Source: an uncultured Oscillospiraceae bacterium
Lineage (GTDB): Bacteria; Bacillota; Clostridia; Oscillospirales; Oscillospiraceae
Assembly: GCA_964515275.1 (NCBI GenBank)
Contig: CAZESU010000002.1
Coordinates: forward strand, 1-52,643
Reading direction: 5' to 3'
Length of the DNA stretch: 52,643 bases
Position 1 is the first letter of the stretch; every line of letters starts with the position of its first letter. A program made the translations under genes and the position numbers. Positions 1 through 8,016 of this stretch are shown piece by piece. A model generated the notes under the pieces. The model did no database searches. It saw only the letters and a program-made list of their open reading frames with translations, and had not been told where the DNA came from.

Positions 1-473
1 TTCTCAAAATACTTCTTGCCGACTTCCATGACAACGTCGGAGAACATCTGGATGAAACGACGGTAGGAGTCATATACGAAACGCTCAAAATTGGGATCGG
101 GGTTGCCCTTGATCATAGCGGCGACAACGTCGTCGTTCAGACCCAGGTTCAGGATGGTGTCCATCATGCCGGGCATGGAAGCGCGTGCGCCGGAGCGAAC
201 AGAAACCAGCAGAGGATTGGTCAGGTCGCCGAACTTCTTGCCGTTGATCTGCTCCATGATCTCGACATTCTTCATGATCTCAGCCATGATCTCGTCGTTG
301 ATCTGGCGGCCATCTTCATAGTACTGGGTGCAGGCCTCGGTGGTGATGGTGAAGCCCTGGGGAACGGGGAGACCTATATTGGACATCTCTGCCAGGTTTG
401 CGCCCTTGCCGCCAAGGAGCTCACGCATGGAAGCGTTGCCTTCGGAAAACAGATAGACATACTTTTTGCTCAT
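1..473 (-). CDS. ppdK: Pyruvate, phosphate dikinase, N-terminal part (gene continues past the left window edge)
   Basis: Absent from the ORF track because it is open to the edge. Reverse translation from the ATG at 471-473 gives [48 protein letters not shown]..., the conserved PPDK N-terminus. A GAAAGGA RBS lies just upstream. Confidence 0.9.
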   Translation of the reverse strand, partial: MSKKYVYLFSEGNASMRELLGGKGANLAEMSNIGLPVPQGFTITTEACTQYYEDGRQINDEIMAEIMKNVEIMEQINGKKFGDLTNPLLVSVRSGARASMPGMMDTILNLGLNDDVVAAMIKGNPDPNFERFVYDSYRRFIQMFSDVVMEVGKKYFE

Positions 474-599
474 TGTTTGCGTCCTTTCTATAAAGAATTA
501 AATTTAAGCGATTGGTTGGGCAAAGCTGCTCTTTGCCACTGATTAGATTATCACAAAAACGGCAGGATAATCAATGCATTTTCCTTACAAATCCATGTT

Positions 600-1451
600 T
601 CATACCTTGCCGATTTCATCCGTAATTTTTGCAAAACTACCAATATCCAGGGTTTCTCCCCGGATTCTGGTATCAAAGCCGCAATTTTCCAGCGCCCGCT
701 CCACATCCGCCTTTTCCAGCCCCAGGCCGGAGGACAGGGCGTTGACCAGCGTCTTTCTCCGCTGGTTGAAAGCGGCGCGGATGATTTTGAATAGAAGAGC
801 CTCATCGGACACGGGCACAGGCCTTGTCTTACGGCGCCGGAGCCGGATGACACTGGAGGTCACCTTGGGCTGAGGGATGAAGCAGGATGGAGGCACATCA
901 AACAGAAGCTCCGGCTCCGTGTGCCACTGCACAAAGATGCCGAAGGCGCCGTAATCCCCGCTGCCGGGGGCGGCACAGATACGGCGGGCCACCTCCCGCT
1001 GGATCATGACCGTGATGCTGTCAAAGCACTCCGCCTCGATAAAGGCGGTGAGCAGGGGGCTGGTCACATTATAGGGCAGATTTGCGCACACCGCAGGGCG
1101 GAGCCCTTCAAAATGCTCCCGCACCAGACCTTTCAGATCCTGCTTCCGCACATCGCCGAAGATCAGCTCCACATTGTCAAGGCTCTTCAGTGTCTCCGCC
1201 AACACCGGCTTCAAAGCCTTGTCCAGCTCCACAGAGACCACCTTTCCCGCTCTTTTTGCCAGCTGCTCCGTCAGACAGCCGATGCCCGGGCCCACTTCCA
1301 GAACGCCGCTGTCCTTATCCAGACCCGCACCCTCCGCGATGCTCTCCGGCACCCAGGCGGCAGTCAGAAAATTCTGACCCATGGATTTGGAAAAGCGGAA
1401 ACCGTGGCGGCCCAACAGCTCGCGGATCTCGTTAATATTGGTCAGCTCCAT
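600..1451 (-). CDS. rsmA: 16S rRNA (adenine1518/1519-N6)-dimethyltransferase
   Basis: 283 aa. N-terminus RHGFRFSKSMGQNFL plus the SAM motif VLEVGPGIGCLT are typical of KsgA/RsmA. Confidence 0.93.
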   Translation of the reverse strand: MELTNINEIRELLGRHGFRFSKSMGQNFLTAAWVPESIAEGAGLDKDSGVLEVGPGIGCLTEQLAKRAGKVVSVELDKALKPVLAETLKSLDNVELIFGDVRKQDLKGLVREHFEGLRPAVCANLPYNVTSPLLTAFIEAECFDSITVMIQREVARRICAAPGSGDYGAFGIFVQWHTEPELLFDVPPSCFIPQPKVTSSVIRLRRRKTRPVPVSDEALLFKIIRAAFNQRRKTLVNALSSGLGLEKADVERALENCGFDTRIRGETLDIGSFAKITDEIGKV

Positions 1452-1639
1452 TATTTTTTCTTCCCGCGGGAATTTTTAAAGCGCATCCACTGCATGCAGG
1501 TGCAGGCCACAGCCAGAGCCAGGATCAGCACAGACCAGGCGTTCATCACGCCCATTGCGATGACGGTATAGACCGCAGCGGCAGCCACAATCGTCCAGAA
1601 TATAGCCATTATAAGGCAAAATACGGATTGTTTATTCAT
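1451..1639 (-). CDS. Small two-TM membrane protein, function unknown
   Basis: 62 aa with two hydrophobic helices and a KNSRGKKK tail. GGGGAG RBS upstream. Its stop overlaps the rsmA start, suggesting translational coupling. Confidence 0.55.
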   Translation of the reverse strand: MNKQSVFCLIMAIFWTIVAAAAVYTVIAMGVMNAWSVLILALAVACTCMQWMRFKNSRGKKK

Positions 1640-1656
1640 TTTCAGCTCCCCTTTTT

Positions 1657-2943
1657 TTATTTTTTCAGCAGTTTTTCAAAGGCCTGCCGGGCGGTATCGT
1701 GTCCCGGCTCGACGATCACCTGCACATTTCCCCTGTAACGGTAGCCGCTGTCCCGCAAAAGCCGCTGCATGGCCTTGTTTTTCCGGTGGGTATCCACGCG
1801 GATGCAGCGCAGGCCGTAGTTCCGGGTCTGCTCGTCCACGCATTTCATCAGATACTCCGCCATGCCGCTGCCCCGGTATCCGGCAGCCACCGCCGCCCGG
1901 TGCAGCACGCAGCAGGGCATGTCCGCCGTCCACTTGCCGTCGGTAATATTGGCATAGCTCTTTTCCTCACGGGTGGACAGGGTGAAAAATCCCGCCGTCT
2001 CCCCGCCGTGGCAGAGGACAAAGCACTCCCCTCTCTCCATGTCGAAAAGGAAGGCCTTCTCGTCGGGATAAAGCCCCTGCCACTGGTCCACATGGTGTTT
2101 TTTCAGGGAGACTCTGGCATCGCCCACAATACGGAGGATATCCTCCATGTCCTCTCCCGTCGCCGTCCGGAAGCTCAGAGGCTCGGTGAGCTTTACCCTG
2201 TGGGCATCCTTTCTGATCTCTTCAAGGAGCTTTACATCCTCCTTGTCCTTGATCTCCAGCTTTTCAAACATGTCCGGGCGCTTTGCCATGGTGCGTTCAA
2301 ACTGCTTTTTCCGCCGCCACTGCTCCACTCTGGCATGGTCGCCCCGGAGGAGCACCTCCGGCACGGCGCGACCCTCCCACACCTCGGGTCTGGTATACTG
2401 GGGATATTCCAGCAGGCCGTCCCAGTGGCTCTCGCCGGTGTAGCACTGCTCGTCCGCAAGGACGCCCGGCACCAGACGGCAGACCGAATCCGCCACCGCC
2501 ATGGCGGCAATCTCTCCGCCGGTCAGCACAAAGTCGCCCAGAGAGATCTCCTCATCCACACACTGCTCAATAAACCGCTCGTCCACACCCTCGTAATGGC
2601 CGCAGACCAGCACCAGATGGTCATAGTCCCGCTTCAGCCGCTTGGCCGTCTCCTGGGTATAGGGCTGCCCCTGCGGGGACATGTAGATCACCCGGCTGCG
2701 CAGGCCTTTTGCGGTTGACATAATATCATCCAGACAGGACTTCAGCGGCTGGGCCATCATCACGCAGCCGAAGCCGCCGCCGTAGGGATAATCGTCCACC
2801 TGATTCTGCTTGTTTTCCGTATAGTCTCTGATCTGTACGCAATTGATCTCCACAATGCCCTTTTTTGCCGCTCTTCCGATGATACTCTCATGCAAAACCG
2901 CGTTCACCGTGTCGGGAAAAAGGGTCATGATATCTATTCGCAT
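1657..2943 (-). CDS. trmD: tRNA (guanine37-N1)-methyltransferase fused to a C-terminal GNAT N-acetyltransferase domain
   Basis: 428 aa. Residues 1 to about 245 are canonical TrmD (MRIDIMTLFP..., DDYPYGGGFG, LVCGHYEGVDERF, SLGDFVLTGGE). Residues about 260-428 look like a GNAT fold (...VLHRAAVAAGYRGSGMAEYLM..., RLLRDSGYRYRG). One uninterrupted ORF. Confidence 0.88.
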   Translation of the reverse strand: MRIDIMTLFPDTVNAVLHESIIGRAAKKGIVEINCVQIRDYTENKQNQVDDYPYGGGFGCVMMAQPLKSCLDDIMSTAKGLRSRVIYMSPQGQPYTQETAKRLKRDYDHLVLVCGHYEGVDERFIEQCVDEEISLGDFVLTGGEIAAMAVADSVCRLVPGVLADEQCYTGESHWDGLLEYPQYTRPEVWEGRAVPEVLLRGDHARVEQWRRKKQFERTMAKRPDMFEKLEIKDKEDVKLLEEIRKDAHRVKLTEPLSFRTATGEDMEDILRIVGDARVSLKKHHVDQWQGLYPDEKAFLFDMERGECFVLCHGGETAGFFTLSTREEKSYANITDGKWTADMPCCVLHRAAVAAGYRGSGMAEYLMKCVDEQTRNYGLRCIRVDTHRKNKAMQRLLRDSGYRYRGNVQVIVEPGHDTARQAFEKLLKK

Positions 2944-2949
2944 GGCGCT

Positions 2950-3438
2950 TCACATTCCTTCTATCAGCCGGACGGTGATAACGCCGGCCTCTGCATCGGT
3001 TGACAGTATAAATTCAGGCACAGCCGGGATCAGGTGTTCCGTCCCGCCTTTTACCACATACACATTGGAAGCGGGAGTCTCCATCACATCCGTGAGCTTT
3101 CCGATCTCCGTGCCGCTCTCGTCCACCACGGAGGCGCCGATGATATCCTGCAGGAAAAAGGCTCCCTCGGGAAGTTTTGCATCTTGCCGGTGGATAGAGA
3201 CGGCCCTGCCCTTCAGGCGCATGGCGGCGTTCACGTCCTCCACGCCCACCAGCTTTGCAATGACAAAGCTCTTGTGTACCCGGGCGGACAGCACCTTAAC
3301 TTCCTTCTCCTCTATAAAATATCGCTTGAAGCCCTTCATGAACTGGGGGCTGTCCAGCCAGACCTCAATCTTCACCTCGCCGGCAATACCATGGGTGTTC
3401 ACGATGCGCCCGGCCTCAATATACGGTTTCTTTTCCAT
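2950..3438 (-). CDS. rimM: 16S rRNA processing protein RimM
   Basis: The track ORF runs to 3552, but the internal start MEKKPYIEAGRIVNTHGIAGEVKIE (ATG 3436-3438) has a GGAGGTG RBS and gives a typical ~162-aa RimM with a PRC barrel. Confidence 0.9.
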   Translation of the reverse strand: MEKKPYIEAGRIVNTHGIAGEVKIEVWLDSPQFMKGFKRYFIEEKEVKVLSARVHKSFVIAKLVGVEDVNAAMRLKGRAVSIHRQDAKLPEGAFFLQDIIGASVVDESGTEIGKLTDVMETPASNVYVVKGGTEHLIPAVPEFILSTDAEAGVITVRLIEGM

Positions 3439-3508
3439 AGGACACCTCCAATAACGATTCAGTATAACATAGAATTCCCCTTTTGCCAACCAGAACTCCT
3501 CTCCGACC

Positions 3509-4291
3509 TTGAACGGCGCTTCCATGAGCATGGACGGCTCCTGTGCAGGCAATGCCCATGCGATCTACTTCAGCAGCAACGATAAGCTGGTGCTCAACGG
3601 CTCCTATCTCGCCATCACCAACTACGCCCAGGACGCTTTGGAGTGGAACGGCGGCGGATACAATATCCTGCTCAACAGCTCCACCTTCTATTCCGACCAC
3701 AACCGCTCCGGCTTTACCGGCACCCTGGTGGTCAAGGCTGACAACAGCAGAATTGATGTTGTGAACAGCACCGGCAACGGCTCCAACGGCAAGCCTGTCC
3801 TTGTAAACGGTGAGGTGGCTCTTGAAACCCTCCACGCCTTCGGCGAATTCCGGGTGGTAAGTCAGGAGGATAACCTTATAACTCTCGAGGATTGCACCAT
3901 TGCCATCACCAACGATCCTGAAATAAACGCCGTAATCAAGAAGGTCTGGGTAGACAGCGGCGACACCACCAAGCGTACCGACAGCGTGAAGGTCAATCTG
4001 CTTGCCAACGGCAAGGTGCTCAAGGCGTACGAGCTGTCCGCAAAGAACGGCTGGTCCGTATCCGTCACGCTGCCCAAGTATGATGAAAACGGCAAGGAGA
4101 TCAAGTACATCCCGGTGGAGACCACCAGGGTGGAGGGCTATTTCGTCTCCTACGGTGACGGAGGCTTTACCGTGTATAACACGCTCGCGTCTCTCAAACC
4201 TCAGACCGGCGATGATTCCGATGTCGCCTTCTGGGCTCTGCTGATGGGCTTCGGAGCCGTAACCGTTCTCCGCAAACGCAGCAAAGCATAA
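3509..4291 (+). pseudogene. 5'-truncated remnant of a sortase-anchored (xPxTG) surface protein with a Cna-B-type domain
   Basis: C-terminus reads SLKPQTGDD, then the hydrophobic AFWALLMGFGAVTVL, then RKRSKA, a cell-wall sorting signal. The Cna-B-like repeat is VIKKVWVDSGDTTKRTDSVKVNLLANGK...GYFVSYGDGGFTVYNT. The frame is closed by TAG at 3470-3472, only ~30 nt from the rimM start, so there is no signal peptide, no RBS and no room for a promoter. Confidence 0.6.
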
Positions 4292-4307
4292 CCCAATTGC
4301 ATAAACA

Positions 4308-4336
4308 AAAAACGCCGGGGAGTAATCCCCGGCGTG
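4308..4336 (-). terminator. Rho-independent terminator, minus-strand polarity
   Basis: Hairpin ACGCCGGGG-AGTAA-TCCCCGGCGT. The T-run is present only on the minus strand (reverse complement continues TTTTTTGTTT). Confidence 0.6.
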
Positions 4337-4423
4337 ATTGAACGTGAAGAGGGGACTCCCATCCCCTCTTCACAATCTCCCCATGTAAGAATATTCATCG
4401 CCGATGGCTTTGTCTGCGGTCTG

Positions 4424-4457
4424 AAACGCCGGGAATTACTTCCCGGCGTTTTTATTG
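4424..4457 (+). terminator. Rho-independent terminator, plus-strand polarity
   Basis: Hairpin AACGCCGGGAA-TTAC-TTCCCGGCGTT followed by TTTTATT on the plus strand. Confidence 0.6.
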
Positions 4458-4506
4458 CTATATATCCTTTTTTGCCGGAACGGATGCCCCGGCTTCCCGG
4501 AAGAAT

Positions 4507-5361
4507 TTACGCCGCTTTTGCCTCGTCGGGGATTACAATCTCCCCAACCTGATCAAACTGGGACATCACGGCGCTGACAGTGACCTGCGCAATATCCAGC
4601 TCCACCTCTATGCCGTCGGCTCCTATGGAGGCCAGGGTCTGGCTGATCATCTCCTCCGCCATGGACTGCATGATCTCCGTCATGTCCATGTCGTAGCGGA
4701 CCACCATGCCGCTCTTGTCATCAATCCAGATGGAGCAGGGAATGCTGCCCAGATCGGAAAAGGCGGATTCATCGATCTCCGTGCCCATGCTCTGGCTGAG
4801 AATCTCCCAGGTGCCGGATATATCCATGGCAGCCTGAACGCTTTCGCCGGATATCTCGCCGTCATAGCGGGTAGCAGCGGAGCCGTTTATCTCCTCCTTG
4901 CCCACTTCCTGGAAGCTCTCGGCGCACTCGATGAAGATCTGTATATTCTCTCCCATTTTTTCACTCTGGACAGGCAGATCCTCGGCGGTCACGGTTTTCT
5001 TCTCCCAGGTGGTTCCGCCGTCAGCCGAAGCATAGGATATATACTCCTCCCCGTCTTTCTCGAAATAGCCCAGAACCTGCTGGTTCATGCCCATTGCATT
5101 CAGGGTCATGTCCATTTTGCAGCGCATAGGATCGCTTTGGGCATCCATCGCGCTCTGCATCGCTATATCCATGTCAACGCTCTGTCCCAGCAGGGCCATG
5201 GACATGGAGATCTGCATGTCAAGATCCACATGGTAGGTCTGCAGGCTGCTCATCTTTTTGGCGGCCTTTGCCATTCTGGTCTCAAAGGAGCCGCAGCCGA
5301 CCAGGCACAGGACCAGAGCCGCCAGCAGGGCAATGGCCAGAATTCTTTTTCCTTTCTTCAT
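4507..5361 (-). CDS. Putative lipoprotein, function unknown
   Basis: 284 aa. Signal peptide with lipobox MKKGKRILAIALLAALVLCLVGC|GS. GGGAGGA RBS. Confidence 0.8.
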   Translation of the reverse strand: MKKGKRILAIALLAALVLCLVGCGSFETRMAKAAKKMSSLQTYHVDLDMQISMSMALLGQSVDMDIAMQSAMDAQSDPMRCKMDMTLNAMGMNQQVLGYFEKDGEEYISYASADGGTTWEKKTVTAEDLPVQSEKMGENIQIFIECAESFQEVGKEEINGSAATRYDGEISGESVQAAMDISGTWEILSQSMGTEIDESAFSDLGSIPCSIWIDDKSGMVVRYDMDMTEIMQSMAEEMISQTLASIGADGIEVELDIAQVTVSAVMSQFDQVGEIVIPDEAKAA

Positions 5362-5435
5362 GTTGTTCCTCCCTTTTCCTGTTATCTGTATTTTACCCTA
5401 TCCCTTTATATTATACAATATTTTTTCTCAGAACG

Positions 5436-5467
5436 AAAAAAGCAGAGGCATTTGCCTCTGCTTTTTT
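5436..5467. terminator. Bidirectional rho-independent terminator
   Basis: AAAAAAGCAGAGGCA-TT-TGCCTCTGCTTTTTT, a perfect stem with A-run and T-run on either side. It lies directly after the KH-domain gene. Confidence 0.8.
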
Positions 5468-5475
5468 ATGGAATT

Positions 5476-5706
5476 TCAGTCAAGGATCTCAACCGAAACC
5501 TTCTTGCCCTTCCTCTGGGCGACGGCCCGCATGAGTATACGGATCTGCTTTACGATCCTGCCCTGCCGGCCAATGACCTTGCCCATATCGCCGTCGGCAA
5601 CGCGGACCTCAAAAACGGTCTCGCCGTCGGCTTTGCGCTCGGTCACAGAAACCTCGTTGGGATGATCCACGAGACTCTGCACAATATAGGTCAAAAGTTC
5701 TTTCAT
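5476..5706 (-). CDS. KH-domain RNA-binding protein (YlqC/UPF0109 family)
   Basis: 76 aa with the KH signature GKVIGRQGRIVKQIR. Conserved position downstream of rpsP. Confidence 0.87.
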   Translation of the reverse strand: MKELLTYIVQSLVDHPNEVSVTERKADGETVFEVRVADGDMGKVIGRQGRIVKQIRILMRAVAQRKGKKVSVEILD

Positions 5707-5724
5707 GCCGGTAGATACTCCTTA

Positions 5725-5961
5725 TCAGGCCTCAATTTTCTTGAGCAGGCCACGTACGGTATCGGTGGGCTGAGCGCCGTTTGCAATCCAGTACTTTGCG
5801 CGCTCCATATTCACCTTGATCTTGTTGCTCTCAGCCATGGGATCGTAGGTTCCCAGTTCCTCGATGAAGCGTCCATCGCGGGGGCTGCGGGAGTCAGCAA
5901 CCACGATGCGGTAATAGGGGGCCTTCTTTGCACCCATTCTGCGAAGTCTGATTTTTACCAT
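5725..5961 (-). CDS. rpsP: 30S ribosomal protein S16
   Basis: [41 protein letters not shown]. Start moved to the ATG at 5959-5961, which is preceded by GGAGGTG. The track's upstream extension is not S16-like. Confidence 0.96.
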   Translation of the reverse strand: MVKIRLRRMGAKKAPYYRIVVADSRSPRDGRFIEELGTYDPMAESNKIKVNMERAKYWIANGAQPTDTVRGLLKKIEA

Positions 5962-6026
5962 TGTATATTCACCTCCATGTAAAATCTGATATATTACAAT
6001 GCGCATGCGGCGCGTTGCAAACCTTT

Positions 6027-7391
6027 TCAGAAGCCGAAGCCGCCGGGGAGACCGGGGAAACCGCCCATCCTGCCCATTTTCTTCTGCTTTTTCTTCATGC
6101 TCTTGCTGTTGAGCTGCTTTACCATCTGCTGCATGGTCTCATACTGCTTCAAAACCCGGTTCACATCCACCACCGCAGTACCGGAGCCTGCGGCGATGCG
6201 TTTTTTGCGGCTGCTGTTGAGCTTGCCCGGGTTCTCCCTCTCGTCCGGGGTCATGGACAGAATGATGGCCTCCTGACGGGCGAGGACCTTTTCATCCACC
6301 TGGGCTCCGCTGAGGGCACTGGCGTCCATGCCAGGCACCATGCCTGCGATATCCTGCAGGCTGCCCATGTTCCTGATCTGGGCCATCTGATCCAGATAAT
6401 CGGTCAGAGTGAACTTGTTTGCTCGGAGTCTCTCCGCCGTCTCAAGGGCCTTCTTCTCGTCAAAGCTCTGTTCTGCCTTTTCGATCAGAGTCAGCACATC
6501 GCCCATGCCCAGAATGCGGGAGGCCATACGGTCGGGATGGAAGGGCTCAATCATATCCAGCTTCTCGCCCACGCCGATGAACTTGATGGGCTTGCCGGTG
6601 GCGGCCCGGATAGACAATGCCGCGCCGCCTCTTGCGTCGCCGTCCAGCTTGGAGAGCATCACGCCGGTGACGCCCAAAGCCTCGTCAAAGGCAGTGGCGG
6701 CATTTACCGCGTCCTGACCGGTCATGGCGTCCACAACCAGCAGATTCTCCGCAGGCTGTACCGCGTCACGGATGTTCTTCAGCTCCTCCATCAGCGCCTC
6801 GTCGATATGGAGGCGTCCGGCGGTATCCAGAAAGACCAGATCGTTGCCGTGCTTTTTGGCGTGCTCCACGGCGGCTCTGGCAATATCCACAGGGTCGGTC
6901 TGCCCCATCTGGAAAACGGGGATGTTCAGCTGGGCACCTACGGTCTCCAGCTGCTTGATGGCGGCGGGACGGTAGATGTCGCAGGCGGCAAGCAAGGGGC
7001 GTTTGCCCTGCTTGCGCATGTAGCCCGCCAGCTTTGCCCCATTGGTGGTCTTGCCTGCGCCCTGCAGGCCCACCAGCATCACAACGCTGGGGGATTTGGA
7101 ACTGATGTTCAGCTTCTGGTTCTCTCCGCCCATCAGGGCGCAGAGTTCCTCGTTGACGATCTTGATGACCATCTGCGCCGGAGACAGGGCCTCCAGCACA
7201 TCTCTACCGCTGGCCCGCTCGGTGACGGTCTTGGTAAAATCCTTTACCACTTTATAGCTGACGTCCGCCTCCAGCAGAGCCATGCGCACCTCGCGCATGG
7301 CCTCCTTCACGTCGGCGGGAGAGAGTCTGCCCTTGCCGCGCATTTTCTTGAAAGCGGCATTCAGTTTTTCGGATAAGCTTTCAAATGCCAT
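6027..7391 (-). CDS. ffh: Signal recognition particle protein Ffh
   Basis: 454 aa. N domain, G domain ([21 protein letters not shown]) and a Met-rich M domain with a basic tail. Confidence 0.97.
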   Translation of the reverse strand: MAFESLSEKLNAAFKKMRGKGRLSPADVKEAMREVRMALLEADVSYKVVKDFTKTVTERASGRDVLEALSPAQMVIKIVNEELCALMGGENQKLNISSKSPSVVMLVGLQGAGKTTNGAKLAGYMRKQGKRPLLAACDIYRPAAIKQLETVGAQLNIPVFQMGQTDPVDIARAAVEHAKKHGNDLVFLDTAGRLHIDEALMEELKNIRDAVQPAENLLVVDAMTGQDAVNAATAFDEALGVTGVMLSKLDGDARGGAALSIRAATGKPIKFIGVGEKLDMIEPFHPDRMASRILGMGDVLTLIEKAEQSFDEKKALETAERLRANKFTLTDYLDQMAQIRNMGSLQDIAGMVPGMDASALSGAQVDEKVLARQEAIILSMTPDERENPGKLNSSRKKRIAAGSGTAVVDVNRVLKQYETMQQMVKQLNSKSMKKKQKKMGRMGGFPGLPGGFGF

Positions 7392-7397
7392 GGTCGG

Positions 7398-7754
7398 TCA
7401 TCCTTTTGTCCGTAGCTCTTTTATGCCTTCGGCCACCTGCCGGGCCAGGTCGTTGGCCTCCCCTTCGGTGAGAGCTGTGAGCCTGTCCACCTGGGCGCTG
7501 AGCTTCTCCAGCGCCTGCATGGTCTCGGCGAAGCGGCGGATCAGCCCGGTCTTGTTCTCGATATCCTGCAGCGCAGCCTCGGCACGGCGGATATTGTCCC
7601 ACACGCCCTGACGGGATATGCCGCTCTGCTCTGCAATCTCCGCCAGAGACAGATCCTCGTTATAGTGCAGATCGTAGCACTCGCGCTGCTTTTCGGTGAG
7701 CAGTTCGCCGTAAAAGTCCAGCAGCATCGCCTGCATCATCCTGCTGTATGCCAC
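7398..7754 (-). CDS. ylxM: YlxM/UPF0122 helix-turn-helix protein (SRP-operon partner)
   Basis: 118 aa. LLDFYGELLTEKQRECYDLHYNEDLSLAEIAEQSGISRQGV. Immediately upstream of ffh, as in other Firmicutes. Confidence 0.87.
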   Translation of the reverse strand: MAYSRMMQAMLLDFYGELLTEKQRECYDLHYNEDLSLAEIAEQSGISRQGVWDNIRRAEAALQDIENKTGLIRRFAETMQALEKLSAQVDRLTALTEGEANDLARQVAEGIKELRTKG

Positions 7755-8016
7755 GGTTCCGCCCTCCTGTCAAGTGATTTACCTTTGCAGAGTATACAAC
7801 CATATGCCGCCGCTGTCAAGTATTTTTTCTTGTCAGCACAGATTATTTTGCATCAAACGGTTTCCGCATATAAATGCAAAGCATGGGAAAAATGTAAATA
7901 CCATCATTGGACAGTGGGAAATATGCCTGACAGCGGCTCACTCAGGCGCTTTGCCGACCGCCGAAAACCGTGTTTCCCCTTGTCCACGGATGGTAAACCT
8001 CAAACAGGAGGAAAGC

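Noticed and set aside
5961-7376. 471-aa plus-strand ORF
   Set aside because: It is entirely antisense to ffh. The composition is rich in His, Gly, Leu and Ala, typical of shadow ORFs in GC-rich DNA, with no RBS and no recognisable motifs.
7774-8016. 81-codon N-terminal extension of the giant ORF
   Set aside because: The extension runs through the AT-rich divergent promoter region and has no RBS. The ATG at 8017 follows AGGAGGAAAGC, and homologous sequence starts there.
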